Source of the DNA: Marsupella aquatica
Lineage: Eukaryota > Plantae > Marchantiophyta
Length of the DNA: 64,000 nucleotides
Assembly (NCBI GenBank): GCA_973895155.1
Contig: OZ316891.1
Span: forward strand, 18,873,048-18,937,047
Reading direction: 5' to 3'
A model generated the notes under the pieces. It was not told where the DNA came from and did not search any database. It saw only the letters and a program-made list of their open reading frames with translations. Numbering within the stretch: the first letter of the stretch is position 1; each line of letters begins with the position of its first letter. This document shows, piece after piece, positions 50,237 through 60,925 of the stretch. The position numbers were made by a program, and so were the translations under genes.

Positions 50237-53200
50237 ATGGAAGGGAATGCGGGAGGGATGGGAGATGGTGCCGGGCCATCAAGCAGCTATGGTGAAGTCA
50301 TGGCTCAATTGTTTAGGGAGAAGGTGGGGCTCTCGCCGGAGATTGCATTGCAGGTAGCTCAGCTCACTCAAGGACTGATCGACAGCTCCCAGAAGGTAGC
50401 CATCACTGATGCAGAAAAAGCTTTCCAAGCCAGACTCGAGGAGGAGAGATTGCAGAGGAAGAGGAAACGTAACACTAGGGAGGACGAGAGAGAGAGGCCA
50501 GTGGAAGCCCTATCACCAAGACAAAAGGAGAAGAGCCTAAGGAGGGAGGCTCGGGCTGCAAAACGACAGAGAATTCAGGAGGAACGAAAGAAGGCAGAGG
50601 ATAGGGCCAAGAGGCCAAAATTGTTTCTGAATGAGGGAGGTGCTCCACTCTCCAGGAGTTATCGTTTGTTTGGGAGTCAAGTTAGGCAGATTGTGAGGTC
50701 TCATTTTGGCCCAATGGACTACTGGGGGAAGAAGAAGCAGGATGAGAGATTTCGAATTCGAGAGCAAATCAAAGAGAAATTTTTGAATGGGTCGTTTGTG
50801 GACGATCGATTCTTAAACAAAAAGATCTCAGTCTCACTTGCAGACATGCGAAAGTACCTGGCTGAATGCAAACTGGATGAGGAAGTGATCAGGAAAGGGG
50901 GAAGCCCAGCTGGTGAGATTCCTGAGAATGCTTGGTGTGCCTGGCTTGAAGAAGAGTTGCAGGTTCGAGCTTGGCAAGCCACACAACGCTGGGAAGCTGA
51001 AATTCAAGCAGCTCAGAAGAAGATTGAACAAGGAGAGATGGTGAATACTGCACCCATGCATCAAGAACTTGAAGAATGGTCAGCAAAATCAGCCCTGCTT
51101 GGAGACCCACCATCCTGGCTAATGAAAGCTCCGCTGAGAGTAACAAAGAGGCCAAAGGTTACTCACAGAATGGGGCAAGGCGGATCACAGCGTCTCAAGG
51201 CCGATTTTGTAAGTGCTCCATTCCCCTCCTCTCCATGCATTCCTTCAGCAGCATTCCTCCTCCCTAATCACCTGAGGCCAATTGACAAATGCCTAACCCT
51301 TCCAAACTCGGGACAGGTCTTTGTATGCCCGTAGGTCGCTCGATCATGCCTTAGTTTTTTTTTGCTTTTGGCATGTAAGGTCCGATTCTAGTCCGATCCT
51401 TTAAGTATCGGATGCAGCATTGGACAATAAAAAAGAATCGGAACTGTCGAGGGTACCGATTCTATTAGTATCGGACATATTCAAATTTTTGAATAGTTTG
51501 TGCATGAACGCCTAAGTGTTCTTATGGGTCTTTGACGGTGAAGGGTTTATATAGGTGTTTAATTAGGCCAGGGTAGGATTGCTATAATTGACCTTAGTAT
51601 TGGGGGTGGCATATGGTTTGGGTGTGTAGGAGAAAGAGCATGGATGACCATTGTTGCCGGCAGAGAGAGAGCTGGCAAAGGAGCATGGTGCTCGGGCGCT
51701 GAAGATTCACATGGACGACATGTTGGCCTCGGTAAGTGCGGATATTAGAATGATTTGAAAGATGGCTTCATGCTGGTACGTATGTTGCGGAATGACATAT
51801 GGATTGGAGATTGTTACTATGTGCAGGATGAGTCAGGGGGTGAGGAGGACTTGGAGAGTGAGGAGGATGGTGAGGGGGAGGAGGATGAGGAGGATGCGGA
51901 GGATGATAGTGCTTCAGAGGGGAGTGTGGCCGAGGCTCCAGTACGAGGTTCTACTGGTGCACGTGGCCGGTCAGGACCCCGAGAGAGTGGACGTCACCAG
52001 TCTGGTCGGGGTGTAGGTGGCTCCACTCGCCGGATGGAGCGTAGAGCAGGTGATATGCCTCCTTCTCGTCAGAGATTAGCCGGTAGGAGTGGACGGAGTG
52101 AGTCCCGGGTTCCAGCCACAGTAGGTCACAACCGAGGGGTTTGTAGTGAGTCTGGAGTTCTAGCCACAGCAGGTGGTCGAGTGAGGACTGGCCCTGGTGT
52201 TGTACCAGGTGGGTCTCGACAACGGGCTGGTGTTCATACTGGTCGTGTCGTTGGCCATTCAGGAGGTTCAGGCCGTAGTGGTGGAGGTGAGTCTCGCCCT
52301 GAGGGGGGTAGTGGTGGAGTTGTTGCACCTCGTCAGTTTAGGGCTGGCCCTGGTAGTGTACCAGTTGGTTCACGACAGTCCGGGGGAGGCCTTGGTGGTC
52401 ATGTGCCCACACCATCTCCTGTTCATAGTGGTGGTGTAGGCATCCAGTCTGGAGGTTCCGGCCATAGTGGTGGAGTTGAGTCTTGTCCTGAGGGGGGTAG
52501 TGGTGGAGTTGCTGCACCTCGTCAGTTTAGGGCTGGCCCTGGTAGTGTACCAGCTGGTTCACGACAGTCCGGGGGAGGCCTTGGTGGTCATGTGCCCACA
52601 CCATCTCCTGTTCATAGTGGTGGTGTAGGCATCCAGTCTGGAGGTTCCGGCCATAGTGGTGGAGTTGAGTCTTGTCCTGAGGGGGGTAGTGGTGGAGTTG
52701 CTACACCTCGTCAGTTTAGGGCTGGCCCTGGTAGTGTACCAGCTGGTTCGCGACAGTCCGGGGGAGGCCTTGGTGGTCATGTGCCGACACCATCTCCTGT
52801 TCATAGTGGTGGTGTAGGCATCCAGTCTGGAGGTTCCGGCCATAGTGGTGGAGGTGAGTCTCGCCCTGAGGGGGGTAGTGGTGGAGTTGCTGCACCTCAT
52901 CAGTTTAGGGCTAGCCCTGGTAGTGTACCAGCTGGTTTGCAACAGTCCGGGTGGGGCCTTGGTGGTCATGTGCCCACACCATATCCTATTCATAGTGGTG
53001 GTGTAGGCACCCAGTCGGGAGGTTCCCGTCATAGTGGTGGAGGTGAGACTCGGCCTGAGGGGGGTAGTGGTGGTGGTGCTGGAGGGGCTTCTTTCCACAC
53101 TTGTGTCGGGGAAGGAGTGCCTTCCCATGGTTCAGGCGCATCTGGAGGTGGGAGAGTACCAGAGATTGCTTCTGCACCTCATCCACATGACGATGGAGGC

Positions 53201-53323
53201 AGATCAGGTAGCCACGACCATGATGTGCTACCTGGTGTGTCAGCGGTAGAGACTCATAGAGCAGAGCAGCCTAGTCGTTCCCGTGTGAAGAAGAGGAAGA
53301 CACGACATAGCTTGTATGGATAG
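50237..53323 (+). pseudogene. CACTA ORF2 / TnpA-like protein (Transposase_24-like HRMGQGG motif) with acidic tract and Gly/Ser repeats
   Basis: Exons ~50237-51208, 51630-51731 (contains one TGA) and 51826-53323; basic NLS-like stretches; oriented divergently from the transposase. Confidence 0.6.
52289..53070 (+). repeat. 189-bp (63-aa) coding tandem repeat x4
   Basis: Unit starts gagtc..cctgag at 52289, 52478, 52667, 52856 and 53045. Confidence 0.92.
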
Positions 53324-54121
53324 TGGACTAGGTAGACATGTATAGATCTAGTACCAGGCTAGCGAGGTGGATAGTTGGAGGGCATTATGTCCATTTGATA
53401 TGCCCAGCCTTTAGCATAGCTGGCACTATGCATGGAGATGTTCTCCATTTTTTGTACTTTTGCCCTCGATATTTCATTTTTGTATATAAGATATAGTTAC
53501 GCCGTGTCATGCCCGGGTTTCAAGGTACATAGTGTGCAATCAAAATTGATAGTCTCTCTTGACTAAATGACCTCTCTAAACCCTAGATAAAACATCAGTT
53601 AAAGAATTAAATTGCACCCCAATTAAACCCCCAATTAGCCCCCCATTTAAAATAGGCCCAATCAAGCTCGCCAAATAGTTTCCGGGTAGATACCGATCCA
53701 TATCCGATGCCACAATCATCGTACTTTTCCATCCCAAACGTATCGCAAAGTTCGATTCTACTATAATCGCAATTTCCGTTCCAAATAACATCGGACATTT
53801 CCGATGTTAAACCCATCGGTCATTTCCATGTCCAGAATATCGGTCTAGCATGGGACGCCTCCACTAACAGAAAATGCGTGAAACAGACATCCGATTATGC
53901 GGGCATCGGACATAGTGTTTCCCGATAGTTTAGGCGACGGAACTCCCAAATGTTTTGGTATCGGTAGTTCCGATTAGTTTCCGATTGTCATTTTCCGATA
54001 AAATTTATATCGGAAATTGCGATTCTTTTGGTATCGGACAGGTGAGATTTCCGCGTCGGATTTCCTGAAGGCGTCCGATCTAAATACAATCGGTAAAATG
54101 CCTCAAAATGTACTAGTGACC

Positions 54122-54610
54122 ACGATGGAGATTCATCCCCAAGCATGCGTTGAGCGATCCAATTGGGCTACCGTAGCTGCTCCTTACCTGAAGGACTATG
54201 CCTTGACTTGGTACAAGTTTTGGAAGAAGTTGTGAGAGGACTCCTCCTTGCCGTTAACTTGGGAAAACCTGGTTGACGGTCTCTGCGCTCATGTCACCAC
54301 TAAGTACCCAAAGTGGCACGCACAAAAATGTGTAACAGAAATTAGCTTCAAGGGTGATATCCAATAGTTCATCACTTATTACCAGAACCAGTTGGCGTGT
54401 ATCCCGGCGGGGCAAAAGACCCTACATATGCACCTTCACAACTTTATAGTGAAGCTCCTGCCATTGCTCAGGGAAAAGTTATAGGAAAAGCGTCATGAGT
54501 TTAGAATGCTTTCTGATCCCTTTGACAAGACCACTACGTTGGTGAATACCTGGCCGGACTTGGCGAAGGTGGGTGGCAAGGGATCTGAGGGGGAAGCTGG
54601 CCGGGAAAGC
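54122..54610 (+). pseudogene. Retrotransposon gag (capsid) remnant of element A
   Basis: WATVAAPYLKDYALTWY...LTWENL...FITYY, typical of Ty3/Gypsy gag, with stops. Confidence 0.75.
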
Positions 54611-54704
54611 AAAAGGTCCGTGCAGGCGTTCGGACACCAGGGGTTCTTAGGCGTGGGTGCTGGGATTGGTGAGGGCGCTAGGTGGCAAGGTTCACCACTT
54701 TCCC

Positions 54705-55819
54705 CCTCGTACCTATCCATCTCCAATTGACCGCCCCTGCCTCCAGGACATGCTCATGGCCCAAATAGCATAGCTCGTCCTAAAGCTTGTCCCAAGCTTG
54801 TCCCTACACGTCGGGACCAGAATGGCCCCGACTTTAACACCAACTCCCGCTTCTCGCCCCACTAATGGCCTAGGGGCCAACTTCCCTTGGAACTCAACCG
54901 CCATGCCTACTCGGCCTTGCCTCCCCAACGCAAGATCCCTTGAGAGACTGAACGCGGCTTGGCTGCTATTTTGGCAAGATTTGGCAAGTGGGCAAGCTAG
55001 CACCCGCAAACCTTGAGAACCTATGGCATCCCTAGACCAAGATGAGCTCAAGAGGATGTAGCCCTCCTCTAGAGCTTTCCAACAAACCCAAGAAGTTCCC
55101 CAACAGACTTCTCGTTGGGAAGTTATTGCCGTTTCCATTTGGCATTTTCCCTTAGTGTTGCGACTGCCGCGGCTCATGACTTTGGCTCGGCCCTAGCCCC
55201 TAGGGAGACACCACTCCCCCCATATATATATTTCTGGAGACCTGCCACCCCCGGACCAACTTTGGTCCCCAAACTTTTGGTCTCCAACCCGGACCCTATT
55301 TCGCTTGTCTGGGCACGCCACCAACTAGCAACGCCCATAACTTCCTAGTTAGGCGTCTGCAAACGGAGTGCTTTAGCCCATTGTGATCGAGCTGACCCAG
55401 TGCTCATGCCTAGGCCCTCAGATCTCATCACTGCTTTGGGACTCTGATTGGCCAAACCCGGATCGGGCCATAACTCGTGCCCCAAACGTCCGTTGCCCAT
55501 GGCGTCAACTCCATTGGCCTTGGGCCCAAGAGGAGCTCTCACTCAAGCCCTCAAAACTCAAAGTCCGTCTGGGGGTCTAGACGGTTGACCTCAAGCCCGG
55601 CCCTTTTTCCCCTCAACCCGACCAGCTCTCAGCTGATCTAAGTCCCTAGTGCGTGACACTAGCTTGGCGCCTTGCCTTCACTAGCGCCACTTCCTAATGC
55701 CCACAAGTGCCATGCTAAGTCCTCCTCGGATGGCCTATCCGGGCTTGGACCATAAGGGAGCTCAGCATTGGAGTCAGCGACGCCGGAGCTAAGTGTTAAG
55801 GTAGTCAAGTTCTGTGACT
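54705..55819 (-). mobile_element. 5' part of interrupted LTR-B
   Basis: Reverse complement of 36852-38000; starts (on the minus strand) agtcacagaacttgactacc. Confidence 0.88.
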
Positions 55820-55849
55820 ATGTTGGTGGAGCTTGGGGGCCTCAATCCA

Positions 55850-56065
55850 AGGGGTGTCTCATATCACGCTCGAAGTTTTGGGGGAATGAACACCCTAAAA
55901 GTTATGTCAATAAAGTTTTTTTAGGAATTTTTGTACCCCTAACTTAATGGAATATTCCAAGAATATTCTCATATTTGATTTTAAAAAACCCTATGATTCT
56001 TATAATTCTCAAAATTGGATTAAAATAACCATAATATTCTTCAACAAAAATTTAAAAGTATTTCA
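55850..56065. mobile_element. MITE family 1 degenerate fragment
   Basis: ggaatattccaagaatatt..ttataa..ctcaaaattggatt, similar to the reverse complement of 4180-4290. Confidence 0.5.
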
Positions 56066-56079
56066 CTAAACCCTATACT

Positions 56080-57884
56080 TATTCGCGCGTGATGGGTCGA
56101 AAGAAAAGAAGTGAGGACTCCGGGTGGTGGAGTTCTGCTTATGGTATTCTTCAAGTGTCAACCGGAGGCAAGGTTGTCGTGAAAGGTAAGTGGCACATAC
56201 AGGATTGTTGGAGGGCAACTTGGTTTGTGACGAAGCAAATATAACCACATCTCAAGATGAGATGGCTCAATTGTGGCATTCCAGAATGGGACACATGAGT
56301 GAAAAAGGGTTGGCAATACTTCGTCAGAAAGAACTTCAATCTTTCTAATTTGGAATCTTCTAAGTTAGATTTTTGTGAACATTGTGTGCTTGGGAAGCAG
56401 CACAGGAGAACCTTTGGTGTTAGAACGCACAATACCAAAGCAATACTTGATTATGTACAGAGTGATGTGTGGGGTCCAGCCCCAACTCCCTCACATTCTA
56501 GAAAACTATACTATGTCACCTTCATTGATGATTACTCAAGGTTTGTGTGGATCACATTTCTACACGATAAGTCTGAAGTCTTCCACGCTTTTAAGGAGTG
56601 GAAAGCCCAAGTTGACTATCACACTATATACAAGGTGATAAATCTGTGATCAGATAACGGCAAGGAGTATAGTTCAAGTGAATTTGAATTGTACTGTGCA
56701 GAGCAGGGGATTACTCGCCATCTCATGACAATTTATACTCCTCAACAGAATGGTGTTTTTGAGCGGCTCAACCAAATACTATTGGAGAGATCAAGAAGTA
56801 TGTTGAGCCAATCGGGTTTATCGCATGAAGGTGGTGGCGCCGTCAATTTCCTTATTTGCTGTCAGATACGTTGAGTATATTTGCAGAGTGACTCACGAGC
56901 ACTCATTCGACTTTTATTGAGACGGCGCACAATCCTTGTGTCTGCTCCCGGCTCTCAAAATTCCTTCTCAAATGCGACCTTGAGGAGCGGCCAATTCTGC
57001 TGAGTGGGTACATCCAACACCATGTACCACTTCAACGCCTCGCCTTTAATCAATCCTTGGAACATCCGCTTTTTGGTGTCATCATCTGCTTCTTCGTTCT
57101 GGGCTTTGTAAAGAAGGGCCAAAGCTGGTCACTGAGATGGGATTGGAGCATGGAAAAATGGCTCTTCGTTGTGACAACCAGAGTGCGTTTCACCTAGCTA
57201 TTAACCAGGTTATGGATAGCAGGGTGAAGCACATTGACACCAGGTACCATTTTATTAGGTAAACAATGTATGATAAAATATTTAAGCTAGTCAAGATTGA
57301 TGGAAAGCTCAACCCGACTGATGCTTTTACCAAAGTGATTCCTTTGGAGAGTTACTCAAGACACCGTGCTACTTTGCAAGTTTTGCATTTGCAGCACTAG
57401 GAGAGTAACTTTACAATATATAATTTTTGTATATGGGTTACTCAATCCTATTATGGCTATGGCTTAATTCTAGTTAACCCTTAGTTAACCTTAGTAAATG
57501 GTTTTTAGGGGGACACCTATGATTTTAGGTGATTGTCTAGAATTTCCCGTTGAGTATCTCATATGGATAACAAAAATTGCAGTCCCCAAGACTAGAGTCA
57601 AGGGGGAGTTTGTTAAGGATTGCTCTTAGTCTTGTGACTCAAAGGTTATAGCAATTAGGTTAACCTCAGTTAGGGACTTAGCTGAGGTTAGGTTAGTCGT
57701 GTGTGACCTTGCATATATGCCAGGGCTAGTGTACGTAAGCCGCTGGTATATAGTGCTTGCTCATTGTAACAAAGCAACTTGAGGAAGAGAGAGAGCATGT
57801 GTGTTTGACTACTCTGAAGTAAAGTTGTTATGTTCGTGTGGACGTAGCCTTGGAGAAGAGGTGAACCACATATGAATTGTGTCA
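56080..57884 (+). mobile_element. Ty1/Copia remnant (GAG-pre-integrase, integrase, RNase H, PPT, 3' LTR)
   Basis: WHSRMGH, CEHCVLGKQ, SDVWGP, FIDDYSR, DNGKEY, PQQNGVFER; RNase H CDNQSA..KHIDTRYHFIR; PPT aagggggag at ~57600; LTR starts tgttaagg at 57611. RT is missing. Confidence 0.9.
56826..57120 (-). pseudogene. Antisense Gypsy-type gag fragment in place of the Copia RT region
   Basis: Minus strand reads DDDTKKRMFQGLIKGEALKWY...QNWPLLKVAFEKEF. Confidence 0.65.
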
Positions 57885-58545
57885 ACTACGGGAGTATGTG
57901 ATGAGTCATGATTGTATCGTCATGAAGGAAGATGTCATAATTCAATGCAATTGACCACAGCCAGTTTGTTAGCTCCTCAAAACTTGAAGCTCTTGTTTTG
58001 GGGGGCATTGTTTCCCACAATGCCTTGTAAACACTTTACTATATACATAATACATCAGGATGAGATTTCAGCACGGGATACCATTAACTTAATGCCCTTT
58101 GGGATTTTTCTCTTTGTAATTGTTGAGTTAAAAGTTCTTCTCTACTTTTATTAAAATTGATACAAACAAGGATTATTACTTAGGCATTTAATCGTATTAA
58201 AGTCAATATTTGTATCATTTTGAAGAATTCCTATATTGTTATCACAACAAGTAAAAATGAAAATCTGATGGGCTTTTTCAGTGTATTAGGGTCGAGCATT
58301 ATGGGCAATAATAACCCCTGAAAACTTGAGCCCAGGGCCCTGGCTAGTTAAATGTGGGGGCATTATAAGTCATGATGCATGTAAACACAAGTGAACATTA
58401 CTAACTTACTAATACATTACTCTGTGGTTAGCACTAGAGAACAGGTATTTGTAATGCAAAACGGCCAGAAATTTATTTGTTACTTAATGCAGTGCCTTGC
58501 TATCCTATGGAAAAAAAACCAATGCCATCTTCAATTTGTCAAAAT

Positions 58546-58798
58546 CTTAGGGGTCTCAGTCACTATATCTATATCTAACCCATAGAAATTTGCCCTTATG
58601 AAGTTTATAGCCTTATTCTTGGAATAAGTCAAAAATTTGATGAAAGGACTATTGTATTTACAAGACTCAAATTGAATTTAAGCAACCATACAGTTATTCC
58701 ACACAAATTTATAAATCTTCCTTTAGAATCATGAAAACTGTCTTATTATTCATTGCACATAATTAATGAGCTAACTTTGAGGAAGTGAAATCCCTAAG
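58546..58798. mobile_element. MITE family 1 relative
   Basis: TIR cttaggggtctca / tgaaatccctaag; near-TSD gtcaaaat / gtcaaatc. Confidence 0.65.
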
Positions 58799-59148
58799 GT
58801 CAAATCGTTGCCCCCCATTGTTGCAATCAAGATAATTGTCAAGCTCATCTACCGGTCTTAGCAACATGAAAGATTCAAATATCCTTTGTTTCAAGATGTG
58901 CTACAATAAGGTGTGCACTTCCTAGATAGATGATCATGAAGATGGTTCAATTGCTTCCATCCGTGAATAGACAAAATAAAACCTCCTAATATTTGATAAC
59001 ATGACATAAGTCAGAAGAATCACTAAGAATACATATATCATCGGGACTCCAAGAATTAAGAGAACCAGTCTCTACCTAGCTACAAGACAACGTTTTGGAT
59101 GTTTGGATTTGAACAGCCTTTGGAGAACAATGGATTTTTGGCTGGAAA

Positions 59149-59391
59149 CTCGGGGGGTCACTTCCATGGAAGTGGCATATCATGTGCGACGAAGTATAGG
59201 GCCATTTAAATGGTTTTGGCGGAAGACTTATTAAGTCTTCTATGGAAATATAAGGTTGTTTAATTGCAAAATGCATACGTGTCATCACATGATTGGTGCC
59301 GTACAACTTTCTAGAAAATGACTTAGGGGGGTCATAAATGACCCAAACCGTCGCACGTGATGTATGACCCTTCATATAGTGACCCCCCCAG
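59149..59391. mobile_element. MITE family 1 relative
   Basis: TIR ctcggggggtcact / agtgacccccccag; TSD gctggaaa / actggaaa; shares atatca(c/t)gtgcgacgaagtataggg with the 4098 copy. Confidence 0.8.
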
Positions 59392-60604
59392 ACTGGAAAG
59401 AACAATGGATTTTTGCCTGGAATTATAGACTATTCTATGTACACCGGCAGCGTACAATTAATCTGTGGACCCCCATGTTATTTTAGAGGCACTTATCTAG
59501 AAATCGAAGCCTAGATGGACCTCCAAATTAAATCGAAGAAAAAAATTCAAAAATGGACAAGCCAATGTTCGACACTTGAAACAGTTGCCAAACTTACCAA
59601 GGGCAACCATAATTAACATCAATCACAAAACCAATTGCAATGTGAATCTAACTGTTTATGTGTGGGTAGCTTAATTGCCCACTTCAACAACATAGTGCTC
59701 GACGGTTTCCTCCACGATAGTGAAGGGATGTTGGATGCACTCAAGTTGCATTGAAAGTAATCATTTTTCAATTCCTACACGCAGATAGATGACAAGAGAG
59801 AAGTCATCGGTGTCATCAAATCACTAACTTTGCATAATTGGTCAAGACAAAAAGTTTCATGGAAACAAATCTCCAATTGTAGAATTCAGAATCGATCAAA
59901 AGCTAGAGAAATTTAGAAACTCATGACCAATTTAGTACTTGATAAATTCTCTCAATGTCACACTCATTGGAAAGCTAGAGAACATTGGAAACTTATAATC
60001 TCCTCAGAACTCAACTAAATCTATCAATGTTAACGTTCATTGAAAAACTAAAGAAATTTTGAAATTCATAATCTTCTTAGTACTCGATAAAATCTGTCAA
60101 TTTTAGGTTCATTCTCATGGAAGGGGGCAACATTTAAGGGGTTGTACAACAAAGATTTCTATTCACGTTAGAGATTATGAAATCACGGGTAAAATATAAT
60201 TTTCAAATTACTTACTCAATTCTTATCTAATGGTGACAATGTTGAGCTTATCAGGACCGTCTCTTCAAGATCTTTCCAATGCCATATTATACGTGAATTT
60301 TCATTATGATTTGACTCAACAATGTCAAATCAAAAATTGCTGCTGAGGAAATTTTATGTTTTGAATAAATATAAATATAAATAAAACTATTATTGGGAGC
60401 AGTTTTACTTCACTCTTTTGTCTTTTGATTTGCAGGTCAATCTCTTTTGCATTCTTTTTTATGGCATGGCATCCCACAGCAAAGTTGCCACAAACACAAA
60501 TACAGAAGTTAATTTTATCCAAAAACAAGTATGTTCCTGTTTGCAACGTGCCATGATGACATGGCGCACTATGGAGCCAGGAAAACAAGGGCAGCTGGAT
60601 TGGG

Positions 60605-60925
60605 GGATTGGGTATAGTAATTTCACATCAAAATATGACATATAGGAGTACACACATCACTCCATGATAAACCTCATTATTATTATTTTAAGTGCACACC
60701 TTATATTAGCACATCTAGCTAGATTGGGTAAATTTCACATCAAAATATGACATATATAGGAGTACACACATCACTCTATGATAAACCTTATTATTCCTTT
60801 AAAAGTGCGCACCTTATATTAGCACATCTAGCTAGATTGGGTAAATTTCATATAGGAGTACACACATCAGTCCATGATACACCTCATTATTCCTTTAAAA
60901 GTGCACACCTCATATTAGCACATCT
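60605..60925. repeat. ~100-115-bp tandem repeat x3
   Basis: atataggagtacacacatca..atgata..cctcattatt..aagtgcacacct.atattagcacatct repeated. Confidence 0.8.

Larger units (their letters stand above)
43683..54118. mobile_element. CACTA/EnSpm DNA transposon, 10,436 bp
   Basis: TIRs cactggtacat / atgtactagtg; 3-bp TSD acc at 43680-43682 and 54119-54121; dense tccgat/atcgga subterminal repeats at both ends. Confidence 0.95.
36852..54699 (+). mobile_element. Internally deleted Ty3/Gypsy-like LTR retrotransposon (element A) hosting two nested insertions
   Basis: 5' LTR 36852-38174 plus 42521-42739; PBS at 42742; gag remnant; 3' LTR tail ~54615-54699; TSD ttcct / ttccc. Confidence 0.8.

Noticed and set aside
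14738-58337. Inverted pair ccctgggcccaagtttttcagtggtt (14738) and aacccctgaaaacttgagcccaggg (~58313) as ends of one giant transposon
   Set aside because: No shared TSD; more likely the ends of separate small elements.
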